Source: an uncultured euryarchaeote (GTDB taxonomy: Archaea; Thermoplasmatota; Poseidoniia; Poseidoniales; Poseidoniaceae). From it: a DNA stretch of 64,000 nt. The stretch is from positions 4,713-68,712 of the forward strand of contig CALDNA010000023.1 in NCBI GenBank assembly GCA_937915175.1, written 5' to 3'. The translations under genes were made by a program, and so were the position numbers. Under the pieces are notes generated by a model. It ran no database searches, was not told the DNA's origin, and was given only the letters and a program-made list of their open reading frames with translations. Below are positions 54,723 through 63,210 of the stretch, in pieces (the stretch's first letter is position 1; each line of letters opens with the position of its first letter).

Positions 54723-56138
54723 TCAGTTTGACTTCGGAGCCTTGGCGATGACTTTCATCTCCACAGCAATGGGCGTTGGAAGGGCGCGAATGGCGAGCGT
54801 GGTCCTTGTTGGCCCCACTTTCCCAAGCGTGTTAGCCCAGACTTCATTGTAGCCGCTGAAATCCCGATCCATGTCGACAAGGAATGAAGTCACGTCTAGC
54901 ACATCTTCAATCGATCCACCAGCTTCTTCTAAGATTCTGGTGATGTTGTCAACAACGGCTTGGGTTTGAGCCTTGATGTCGTAGTTGAGGGGCTTGCCGT
55001 GCTCATCGCTAATCGGGCCACCGGGAATTGCGTTGGTGCCTGGTTGGCGCGGACCGACACCCGAGAGGTAGAGTAGATCGCCGACCCTACGAGCGTGGGG
55101 GTACATGCCGACTGGCTTTGGGGCTGCTTCGCTGTTGACGGAGTCTTGCCCAGTTGTTGGTTCCCACAGTGCGGGGCCTCCGCTTGCTTTTGGGGTGCTT
55201 TCGGTAATGGCTTCAGTTTCTTCTTCAGCATCGAGGACATTTCGTTCACCGGCGAAGTATTCGACATCGTCTTCGTCGTACTCTTTGTCACCAGCACCAG
55301 ATGCTGCCGGATCGAGGTGCACAACAGCACCTCCTGCGCCATGAATTGCTTCGTAGGCCAACACTTCACCCGTCAGATTATTTCTGTTGTCGTTCATGCC
55401 AGAAAGCCACCACATCGGTTTGAACGCAACGACCTTTTGAACGCGAATTTGTTGATGGATGGTGCGAGAAAGTTGCCCAACATCCTCAAGGCGGCCTTCG
55501 CCGAGGAATTCGAGAATTTTTCGGTTCCATTCATCGTCTTTTAGCGAGTGGATTTTGTCATCCTTTGGTTCAATTGGAGCGGTGAACATGCGGTTGGACA
55601 GCGACATTGCGGTCACAGCAACGGCTTTTCGTCCGGTTGCTTTGATTACATCGAGGCATGCTTTGGCCAAAACTGTCGTTTCGGAACGGTTGGCGTAGAC
55701 GTTTGATGAAACGATGACTGCAGGAATTGCGTTGTCTGGGTTGAGCAGTTTGAGCGCCACAACCGAGCCAACATCGATTGGAAATCCTGTGTAGTTGACC
55801 GTTCTTGATTTCAAGCCTCGCTTCTCGTTTGCCTCGTTCCATGCGTGAGCGAAATCAGCGTCGATGTTGAACGAGTAGGGGATTGAACCGAGGTCGTGAA
55901 AGTCGTCATCCACCATCACCCATTCGGGGTTTGGATTGGCTTGAATCTGATGGCCAATGATGCTCGGCCATGTGGTTGAGTAGATGATAAGAAGATCTGC
56001 ATCGGCGTCCTTAATCCGCTGCGCTGCCTCATCAAAAGCGTGACGCAAGCGCTGCCACCCTTCATTTTGTTCCGGGACTAAAACGGTGTGTGGGTGGACC
56101 GGTACAATGTAGGATCCGACAATTCTTCCTTCAGTCAT
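54723..56138 (-). CDS. Fusion of 2-aminophenol 1,6-dioxygenase alpha subunit (AmnA-like) and RidA-family 2-aminomuconate deaminase-like domain, ~471 aa
   Basis: N-part: YSTTW, VNYTGFPIDVG, SSNVY, DDEWNRKIL, HGAGGAVV. Acidic linker. C-part (54723-55139): APKPVGMYPHARRVGDLLYLSGVGPR, FLVDMDRDFSGYN, PTRTT, LPTPIAVEMKVIA. ATGA overlap with the upstream gene. Confidence 0.88.
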   Translation of the reverse strand: MTEGRIVGSYIVPVHPHTVLVPEQNEGWQRLRHAFDEAAQRIKDADADLLIIYSTTWPSIIGHQIQANPNPEWVMVDDDFHDLGSIPYSFNIDADFAHAWNEANEKRGLKSRTVNYTGFPIDVGSVVALKLLNPDNAIPAVIVSSNVYANRSETTVLAKACLDVIKATGRKAVAVTAMSLSNRMFTAPIEPKDDKIHSLKDDEWNRKILEFLGEGRLEDVGQLSRTIHQQIRVQKVVAFKPMWWLSGMNDNRNNLTGEVLAYEAIHGAGGAVVHLDPAASGAGDKEYDEDDVEYFAGERNVLDAEEETEAITESTPKASGGPALWEPTTGQDSVNSEAAPKPVGMYPHARRVGDLLYLSGVGPRQPGTNAIPGGPISDEHGKPLNYDIKAQTQAVVDNITRILEEAGGSIEDVLDVTSFLVDMDRDFSGYNEVWANTLGKVGPTRTTLAIRALPTPIAVEMKVIAKAPKSN

Positions 56139-57037
56139 TGCGATGCCTCCTTGTGATTTCTCTCTGGCCATTCGACAATTGCGTTGCCCGTTCCAATGAT
56201 GGTACCATAGCCGTGCAAGGTCGCTGGATAGGTTGGAACATCAAGGGTTGAGAGGAGCCATGAGAGTCCACCTCCATCGCTTTCTGCGATGGCTTGCTCG
56301 GTGAATTCAGGCATTTCATTGAGAATTCGTTGCGCTTGGCCGGTTCGGAAGTAATCGATCATTCGCATGTCCCAGAGGTGCATGGCGTGGCTTGTGATGT
56401 GCTCCTTGCTCATGTCTTCTGGAATGGCCGACTCGGTGGTAAAGTGGCGGTGTGAAAGGGAGTTGCTCGCAATAACGACCACCTTCTTGCCACTTTCCAA
56501 AATAGCTTCGCGGGTGACTTTGCCGAGTTCGATCATCATCTCTTGCATGACTTCGACCGAGTAGTAATCCCTTGAACGGTTGCTGGAGATGACCACAAGG
56601 GGTTTGTCCCATGCAGGGTTGAACATGTGTCCAGTGGTGATGGTGCCGTAGTCGACTCTGAAATCTGGATTCTCCATCATTTTCACGGCAAGCCCTGCTT
56701 CCGCTGCTTTGTCGTGGATTTTTGAAGTCAAATCAACGTCGATGTCGAGGTCATAGTGATAACGGAACAAGTTCGGAAACACCGGGTCCACGGACAGGCT
56801 TTTGAAATTTGGAAGGCCCAAAAAATGTGTACCAACATAAGTTTGCCAGTGCGGGGAAAGCAAAACGATAGCGTCGTATTCGACGTCTTTGAGTGATTCA
56901 CGCAACCGCTCATAACCCCAACGCAGTTGTTCCCAACCGCCTTCAGCAACAGGTTCGTTTTGAGGTGGATTTTCAGCATAGACCAAATGGGGCGGATGCG
57001 GGGCTAAGCAACCAGCAACGATTTCACCTTGGGTCAT
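56135..57037 (-). CDS. amnB: 2-aminophenol 1,6-dioxygenase beta (catalytic) subunit, LigB-type extradiol dioxygenase, ~300 aa
   Basis: GEIVAGCLAPHPPHLVYAENPPQNEP..GGWEQLRW, SPHW, SVDPVFPNLFRY, FRVDYGTITT, SNSLSH, PEDMSKE, AE, YGTIIGTGNA match AmnB/CnbCb as I recall them; His/His/Glu iron ligands retained. Start moved to ATG 57037. Confidence 0.9.
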   Translation of the reverse strand: MTQGEIVAGCLAPHPPHLVYAENPPQNEPVAEGGWEQLRWGYERLRESLKDVEYDAIVLLSPHWQTYVGTHFLGLPNFKSLSVDPVFPNLFRYHYDLDIDVDLTSKIHDKAAEAGLAVKMMENPDFRVDYGTITTGHMFNPAWDKPLVVISSNRSRDYYSVEVMQEMMIELGKVTREAILESGKKVVVIASNSLSHRHFTTESAIPEDMSKEHITSHAMHLWDMRMIDYFRTGQAQRILNEMPEFTEQAIAESDGGGLSWLLSTLDVPTYPATLHGYGTIIGTGNAIVEWPERNHKEASQ

Positions 57038-57138
57038 GGACAGAGCCAAGCGCTTGGTGGCTATATCGCCATCGGCGTTTCCACTGTTCAATCGCTTGAA
57101 GACCCAAGCCTCAAACAAGGGGGCGATTTGGCACTGTC

Positions 57139-57660
57139 ATGGAGGAGAGCACGACGGAACAAATCGCTGAAGTCCTCCTTGATTCACCTTCGCTAATGGA
57201 ATCGAAGCCAGTGAACCTCCTTGAAGATATCAAAACCGGGTTGAAGCACATCGTTTCTCCTGCCATCCTCGGGGCTCTTTTTGGCAGCGGTTGGCAGCGC
57301 TATGGATTGCCTAAGTTGGACTCAGTATTCGCACCAAATCCGGTTCAATTTGCACTTCTTTTCGCTTTACTCCTTACGCCGCTCATCTATCGGATCTTGG
57401 TTCACACGTCCTTTGCTCGATGCTTGGAATACAGCTTTGGATTTTCTGCATTAGCCCTTCCATTGTGCGTGGTCTGGCTGTCTGGTTGGGGGGCATTATT
57501 CTGTGGAATGTATGCCATTCTTCTGGCGTGGGTGTCAATTTCCATGATGTGGAGTCGAAAGCAGTTACCACCATTCTCGTACGGGATTTGGCACGCCATG
57601 GGCGTCGATTTGGGTGCCTTTGCGGGGGCCGTCGTGATGTACAACGCCCTTGGATTATGA
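57139..57660 (+). CDS. Hypothetical membrane protein, 173 aa
   Basis: Four to five hydrophobic segments; CTCAAA 29 nt upstream; fills the gap between amnB and panB. Confidence 0.7.
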   Translation: MEESTTEQIAEVLLDSPSLMESKPVNLLEDIKTGLKHIVSPAILGALFGSGWQRYGLPKLDSVFAPNPVQFALLFALLLTPLIYRILVHTSFARCLEYSFGFSALALPLCVVWLSGWGALFCGMYAILLAWVSISMMWSRKQLPPFSYGIWHAMGVDLGAFAGAVVMYNALGL

Positions 57661-58476
57661 GGTGTAACTTTCCGAGTCGCTCGGGAACTCACCAGAGCGA
57701 ACATCCTCGCAGTAACTTGTGATTGCGGTGTTGATGTCTTCAGCGAGGTTGAGGTAGCGTCGCAAGAACCGTGGAGAGAAGTCCATCGTGATTCCAAGTA
57801 GATCGTGGAGTACCAACACCTGACCGTCGCAGTCTGGACCGGCACCGATGCCGATGGTTGGAATTGAAATTTCTTCACTGACTCGCTTTGCCAATTCCCT
57901 TGGAATCTTTTCAAACACGATAGCGAAGCATCCTGCGGCTTCCAATAATTTAGCGTCGGCGATGAGTTTCTCTGCTTCTTCTTCCTCTTTGGCCCGGACA
58001 GTGTAGGTTCCAAACTTGTAGATGGATTGCGGTGTAAGTCCCAGATGGCCCATAACTGGGATCCCAGCGGTGAGAATGCGCTCGATGGACTGAATGATTT
58101 CAGAGCCTCCTTCGAGTTTAACAGCGTGGCCTTCTGCCTCCTTCATAATTCGAATGGCAGATTCAAGTGCGATTGCAGAATTGCCTTGGTAGGTTCCAAA
58201 TGGCATGTCAACCACAATAAGAGCACGGTCAACGGCTCGTTGAACGCACTGTGCGTGGTAGATCATGTGATCGAGGGTCATTGGCACGGTTGTGACTTGA
58301 CCAGCCATCACGTTTGACGCCGAGTCACCAACGAGGATGACATCCACACCCGCTTGGTCAACAAGTTTGGCCAATGAATAATCATAGGCGGTAAGCATGG
58401 TGATTTTTTCTTCAGCCCGCTTCATCTCAAGAAGCGTGTGCGTCGTCACCTTGCGCGCATTGCTGTGTACGGACAT
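57655..58476 (-). CDS. panB: 3-methyl-2-oxobutanoate hydroxymethyltransferase
   Basis: MLTAYD, LVGDS, DMPFG, VKLEGG, GHLGLTPQ, GIGAG, DGQVLVLHDLLG. Confidence 0.97.
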   Translation of the reverse strand: MSVHSNARKVTTHTLLEMKRAEEKITMLTAYDYSLAKLVDQAGVDVILVGDSASNVMAGQVTTVPMTLDHMIYHAQCVQRAVDRALIVVDMPFGTYQGNSAIALESAIRIMKEAEGHAVKLEGGSEIIQSIERILTAGIPVMGHLGLTPQSIYKFGTYTVRAKEEEEAEKLIADAKLLEAAGCFAIVFEKIPRELAKRVSEEISIPTIGIGAGPDCDGQVLVLHDLLGITMDFSPRFLRRYLNLAEDINTAITSYCEDVRSGEFPSDSESYTS

Positions 58477-58527
58477 GGTTCCCCCACAGTTTCAGGTGTT
58501 TTGAAACCCTCGCCGGCTCTTTCGTGG

Positions 58528-59256
58528 TTATTCTTCCTCGTAAACGCCAGATAATTGATGCATCAATTCAGCCAAGGCTTCCTCTTCATCGGCGCTTGCC
58601 AAAACTTGCTGCTTTGATTCAAGACCATTGAGCACTAAGGCTGCGACAGTGAATACCGAGTTTGGATCTTCGTCGACGACATGCTCGACGCGTTCAGCAA
58701 CCCATGAGTCGAGCACCTGTTCATCGATACGCAGCACCGCTCCAATTCGATTTAGCACTCCGTTGAGGACGTCTCTTAGCATGGTTTGATGGGTTGTGCT
58801 TATTGGTCCATTGCTCTCAGTATAGCGCACTTTGGCGGAGATATACAACTTCTGATGGGGGGAGGATTCGGGGATGTGCTCGAGGAGCGTTTGGAGGTCA
58901 GGGAACATTCCTTCTCCGGGCATCGCTGCCTCCATCGAGGGGTGTTCAAACGGAGGCAAGGCCGGTGCAATGACTTCTTCGATTGTAAAACGACGGCGCC
59001 CAACAATGGAAAGAAAGTGATTGCTTCCCTTGGTTTCATGCTCTAAGATTTCAGCCTCGCAACCATGAGTCCTTGGGCCGTCCCAGTGGTTTGTTGGCTC
59101 AAACGGATCGTTCATCACAAGCCCGAAGTTCTTGTTATCGAGCACACAATCATCGAGCATTTGCCTGTACCTTGGTTCAAACACCCTGAGTTCTTGGACC
59201 TCACCCGGCATGAGCACCATTGGCAGGACAAAAAGAGGAAGAGTTTCGCTTGACAT
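58528..59256 (-). CDS. Stand-alone LON peptidase substrate-binding (N-terminal, PUA-like) domain protein
   Basis: LPLFVLPMVLMPGEVQELRVFEPRYRQML, FGLV, GCEAEI, GRRRF, KQQVL. Confidence 0.88.
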   Translation of the reverse strand: MSSETLPLFVLPMVLMPGEVQELRVFEPRYRQMLDDCVLDNKNFGLVMNDPFEPTNHWDGPRTHGCEAEILEHETKGSNHFLSIVGRRRFTIEEVIAPALPPFEHPSMEAAMPGEGMFPDLQTLLEHIPESSPHQKLYISAKVRYTESNGPISTTHQTMLRDVLNGVLNRIGAVLRIDEQVLDSWVAERVEHVVDEDPNSVFTVAALVLNGLESKQQVLASADEEEALAELMHQLSGVYEEE

Positions 59257-59306
59257 GAATTGAGATTGGTCAAATTGCTTTTGAAGATGTGTTCACCAGC
59301 ACCGAA

Positions 59307-60758
59307 TCATTTCTGATTCATAACACAGACATTGGTGGTTTCTGAAAAGAATTCGAGCGACCATTGTCCACCCTCGCGGCCTACGCCAGAGTTCCTCACG
59401 CCACCGAAGGGTGTTCTCAAATCCCGATGAAGCCAGGTATTAATCCAGACAATTCCAGTTTCAATGGTTGCAGCGAGCGCTTGCCCCTTTTCGAGGTCTG
59501 CCGTCCAAATGGACCCAGCCAGACCGTACTCGGTCGCGTTTGCCATGACCGTCGCTTGTTCCATCGTTTCAAAGGTATGAACGGTGACGACAGGTCCAAA
59601 AATCTCCTCAGTAGCGCACCTCGAAAGGTGGCTTAAGCCTGAAACAACGGTCGGTGAAAGGTAGGCACCATCGGGGCTTGGTCCAATTGCACCGGTCATC
59701 GCACGTGTTCCACCTGTGAGGATTGTACCGCCTTCTTCGATGGCCAAATCAATGTAGGACTCTACTTTTTCGAGGTGATCCATAGAAATGAGGGTGCCAA
59801 TTTGGGAAGATGGTTCAATGGGGTTGCCGATTGTCATTGATTCCACTTCTGCCACGAACGCAGCAAGGAAGGTGGAGGCGATGGAGGCATGGACCAAAAT
59901 GCGGGATCCACACAGGCATACTTGGCCTGAGTTTGTGAACGCAGCACGGACTGCACCTTTCACGGCTTGGCCCATATCAGCATCCTCGAGGATAATCGTT
60001 GCGTTCTTTCCACCCAGTTCCAATGACAATTTTTTGAACAATGGTGCTGCAGTTGCGGCAACAATTCGACCGGTTGCGGTGCCGCCAGTGAAGGAAATTC
60101 CAGTTATCCTTTCGTCTTCTAAAATGGCTTGGCCGACTTCTGGGCCAAGACCGTGGACCATGTTGAACACGCCTTTGGGCAACTGCAATTCATCAAGTGT
60201 TTCGGCCAGAATGTTTGCTGTCAAGGGCGTCAATTCACTTGGCTTGGCAACGATTGCGTTGCCCATCAACAGCGCAGGAGCCACCTTCCAAGACAGGAGG
60301 TAAAGCGGCAGGTTCCACGGTGTGATGAGGCCAACAACGCCAAGTCCATTTCGATGAACATGGTTGATCGCATCGTCCATCTCAAACAGCATCGGTTTCT
60401 GTGAGCGTCCGAATTCTGCAAAGAATCTGAAGTTATCCACGCTTCGAGAGGCATCAACGCGTCGAGAAAGAGAAATTGGCTTTCCCGTATCCATCGTCTC
60501 AGCCTGAGCAATCGCTTCGTGCTTTTCCTGCAACGCATCTGCGATTTTATCAAGCCAAGCAGCGCGTTCTTTGAGGCTCAAGGCGTTCCAGGCCGGTTGG
60601 GCTTTTTTTGCAGCATCAGCTGCTAGTGTCACATCTGCTCGTTGAGAGCGTGGGATTGATGCCACAACCTTTCCAGTTGCAGGATTGTAATCCTCAAGAG
60701 TCTGCCCGTCGTTGGCGTTGACAAATGCGCCGTCGATGTAATTCATGAGGTGGTGCAA
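59307..60758 (-). CDS. Aldehyde dehydrogenase, 2-aminomuconate/2-hydroxymuconate semialdehyde dehydrogenase (ALDH8/AmnC-like), ~483 aa
   Basis: PWNLPLYLL, KPSE, FTGGT, LELGGKN, GQVCLCGSR, EEIFGP, WLHRDLRTPFGG..SG.GREGG. Start moved to TTG 60758 after GGAGG. Confidence 0.88.
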   Translation of the reverse strand: MHHLMNYIDGAFVNANDGQTLEDYNPATGKVVASIPRSQRADVTLAADAAKKAQPAWNALSLKERAAWLDKIADALQEKHEAIAQAETMDTGKPISLSRRVDASRSVDNFRFFAEFGRSQKPMLFEMDDAINHVHRNGLGVVGLITPWNLPLYLLSWKVAPALLMGNAIVAKPSELTPLTANILAETLDELQLPKGVFNMVHGLGPEVGQAILEDERITGISFTGGTATGRIVAATAAPLFKKLSLELGGKNATIILEDADMGQAVKGAVRAAFTNSGQVCLCGSRILVHASIASTFLAAFVAEVESMTIGNPIEPSSQIGTLISMDHLEKVESYIDLAIEEGGTILTGGTRAMTGAIGPSPDGAYLSPTVVSGLSHLSRCATEEIFGPVVTVHTFETMEQATVMANATEYGLAGSIWTADLEKGQALAATIETGIVWINTWLHRDLRTPFGGVRNSGVGREGGQWSLEFFSETTNVCVMNQK

Positions 60759-60760
60759 AC

Positions 60761-61876
60761 CTATGCCTCCACATCGTACAGCCAGCGGTCTTGGTCTGGA
60801 TCCCATTCATCCCATGTTGGCAGAGTTTCGAGGACTTCGAGGTACTTATCAGGAACGATTCCGGGAACAATGAAGGCCTTTTGCCTGTGGAGCGGGTATG
60901 GGTTTCTCAGGTTGATGCCGAGCACGCCGAGCAAAGCTCGTGCCACATACCATGTGGCTTGAGAATTCCAGCCATGCGCAATTTTGACGACAATCCCAAG
61001 ACCCTTGGGATAATCTGGATGTTCAATTGCTAAGCCCAACAAACCATCAGCGCCTTCCTTGGCGATGACCTTGCCTTCTCCTGCTTTGAGCACCGTAGAA
61101 TCCAATCGATTGAACCCGCCGACCAAATCAGGATGGCGCGTCATTGCTTCCCAAATCCAATCCTTGTCTTTGTCGCGAACCAAGCCAGCATAGATTTGAG
61201 CGAGTTCAGATACAGTGTTGGACACTGTAGGTAAGCCGCATCCATCCTTTGCCACGCGCAACGGTTGCCAGTCTGCGCCGAGGTAGGTTCGGATTTCGGC
61301 CATGTATGCGTGGAACACTTCGTGAGTTGGCAGGGTGTAACCGGCTCGATTCCAGCCTTTTTTCCGGCAGCCATGAAGGATGGCTGCGTGTTCACCAGAA
61401 CAGGTGTGGAACCAACGGCGTGGACGACGGACTTGCCGCCCAAATTGAATCAAGGGCACATCCAGCGGAGTGAGCATCAGCGGCCATTCTTCCTTAGCGA
61501 GTAAGGACTGTGCTGCTGCGACGTGTTCGGTATCACCGTTGTGGGATGCGACAGAGATTGCTTTCTGCTCCCATGTTGTGTCTTCAAGTTCTTTGGTGAA
61601 GGCTTTGAGCATGAACGGTTTCATCATCGACCGGCCATAGCAAAGGACATTTCCTCCAAATGAATGAATCACTTCGTCACCGTGCGCCCATGCCACAGCA
61701 CCGTGGATGGTGGTTTCAGAAACGCCGTTGCGGCGGTAATCAACAAGTGGCTCCCATGCCACTTCACGCCCGGTAGGGATGCCTTCGATCTTCTCGCCGA
61801 GTGGGCTGTCAGGATACAAGGCGCTGCCGGGTCTGCCCGGTTCAACAGCGGAAGGTGTATCATGCTCAATGGACAT
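60761..61876 (-). CDS. Asparaginase II (Rhizobium etli AnsA-type) family amidohydrolase with a variant motif
   Basis: RSMMKPF, ASHNG, HTCSGEHA (family motif NCSGKHA), DGCGLP, HPDLVGG, AKEGADG, GIVVKI. Confidence 0.85.
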   Translation of the reverse strand: MSIEHDTPSAVEPGRPGSALYPDSPLGEKIEGIPTGREVAWEPLVDYRRNGVSETTIHGAVAWAHGDEVIHSFGGNVLCYGRSMMKPFMLKAFTKELEDTTWEQKAISVASHNGDTEHVAAAQSLLAKEEWPLMLTPLDVPLIQFGRQVRRPRRWFHTCSGEHAAILHGCRKKGWNRAGYTLPTHEVFHAYMAEIRTYLGADWQPLRVAKDGCGLPTVSNTVSELAQIYAGLVRDKDKDWIWEAMTRHPDLVGGFNRLDSTVLKAGEGKVIAKEGADGLLGLAIEHPDYPKGLGIVVKIAHGWNSQATWYVARALLGVLGINLRNPYPLHRQKAFIVPGIVPDKYLEVLETLPTWDEWDPDQDRWLYDVEA

Positions 61877-61885
61877 CCAGACACC

Positions 61886-63133
61886 TCAATTGTTCAACTT
61901 GGCTTCGACGTGCGGTACAACTTGCTCCATGTAGGCCGTCATGTCTCTACAGACTCGATCTGAATCGTGGTTGAAGAAATCGAACCACGCCATAATGCGG
62001 TCTTCAGGATGGAAACGTTCGAGGATTTGCTGAGCCACTTCTTCCACGTTACCTATGAGAGCGTTGTTTGCGGCGTTGCTGACCTTGCTCGGATCGATGG
62101 TCCCTTCCAGTGCGTTCCAATACGCACCAAGCGCTTCATCAGCTTCTTTCCGTGCTGCTGCGCTTTGTTCTGCGGGCGACAACCCTGGTTCTGCGTTCAA
62201 GAACACAAAGGAGGTTCTCGGCATGTCGCTTCGTTGCCAAGCACCTCCTGCAGGGTGGAACACTTCGGCCATTCGAGCGTGCGTGGCTTCGATGACCTCT
62301 GGTTTAGTGATTGAAAGATTGAACACCTTAACGGGGAGGATGGTGTTGAGGAAGGTCTGGGCTTTCGGGTCGTGGGTCCCAGCAACGAGTTGCAAGAGTT
62401 CCTTGCGAAAGTCGGTTGGGATAATTTTCAAGTCCTCAAAGACGTAGCGCTTTGGTATTGTGATTTGATCAGGTTTGGATGTCAAGTTTTCAGCCTCAAC
62501 CGATGCCACTTGAACCCGTTCCCAATCTTCGTCTGAACGGAAGTTTGCGCGAGTTAACACCGTTTCATAGGTTTGCGTGGAATTGATGACATCGCCTCGC
62601 AACAAGCGAAGGAACACATCACCTGCTTCCATGAAAATTTGGCCTCGCAGTGCAGGCCAAGCAGCCTCTTCCACAGCGTTTCTTGGAACGATGCCGTATG
62701 GGCGAGCCATGAATTCAAAGCGACCTGCTGAAAATCCGACGTGCAACCTTCGCTGCTCATTTGGGTTGAGTCCGTGGAGTTGGAGGGTGTTTGCGATTCG
62801 CTCTGCTTGAGCAATTGGACCACCGGACGCTAAGATGGACACAACTGCGCTGCCGATTTCGATGCTCGATGTTCTTCGGAACGATTCCATGGCCAGTTGA
62901 GGGAAGTCCGTGCACAACCCGACTTCACCCTGCCAATGCGGGACTACAGGCCGAGCGTTGCTCTTTTGGGTCTCGGTTGAAAGGTGAGCCTGAGCGATCC
63001 ACCCAACACCAAAGCCGAGGCGGTCGGCGCACTCGAGTTGTTGGAAGTAATTGGTGAACATTTGATTCTCAGTTGGCACTTGACCCGCAGCGTCGGGGGT
63101 CTGGCTGATTGAGAAAAAGATGTCATGGTCCAT
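61886..63133 (-). CDS. Luciferase-like (LLM) flavin-dependent monooxygenase, ~415 aa
   Basis: ADRLGFGVGWIAQAH, TSSIEIGSAV, P...AERIA, RLHVGFSAGRF, ALIGNVEEVAQQI. Start is uncertain (63133, 63166 or 63169). Confidence 0.85.
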   Translation of the reverse strand: MDHDIFFSISQTPDAAGQVPTENQMFTNYFQQLECADRLGFGVGWIAQAHLSTETQKSNARPVVPHWQGEVGLCTDFPQLAMESFRRTSSIEIGSAVVSILASGGPIAQAERIANTLQLHGLNPNEQRRLHVGFSAGRFEFMARPYGIVPRNAVEEAAWPALRGQIFMEAGDVFLRLLRGDVINSTQTYETVLTRANFRSDEDWERVQVASVEAENLTSKPDQITIPKRYVFEDLKIIPTDFRKELLQLVAGTHDPKAQTFLNTILPVKVFNLSITKPEVIEATHARMAEVFHPAGGAWQRSDMPRTSFVFLNAEPGLSPAEQSAAARKEADEALGAYWNALEGTIDPSKVSNAANNALIGNVEEVAQQILERFHPEDRIMAWFDFFNHDSDRVCRDMTAYMEQVVPHVEAKLNN

Positions 63134-63210
63134 AGGTGGCACTGGCTGTTCCAGTCGAAACCACATCATAACGAGTGTGGCGGAATTACCTGATGAATGT
63201 CGTTTAAGAT

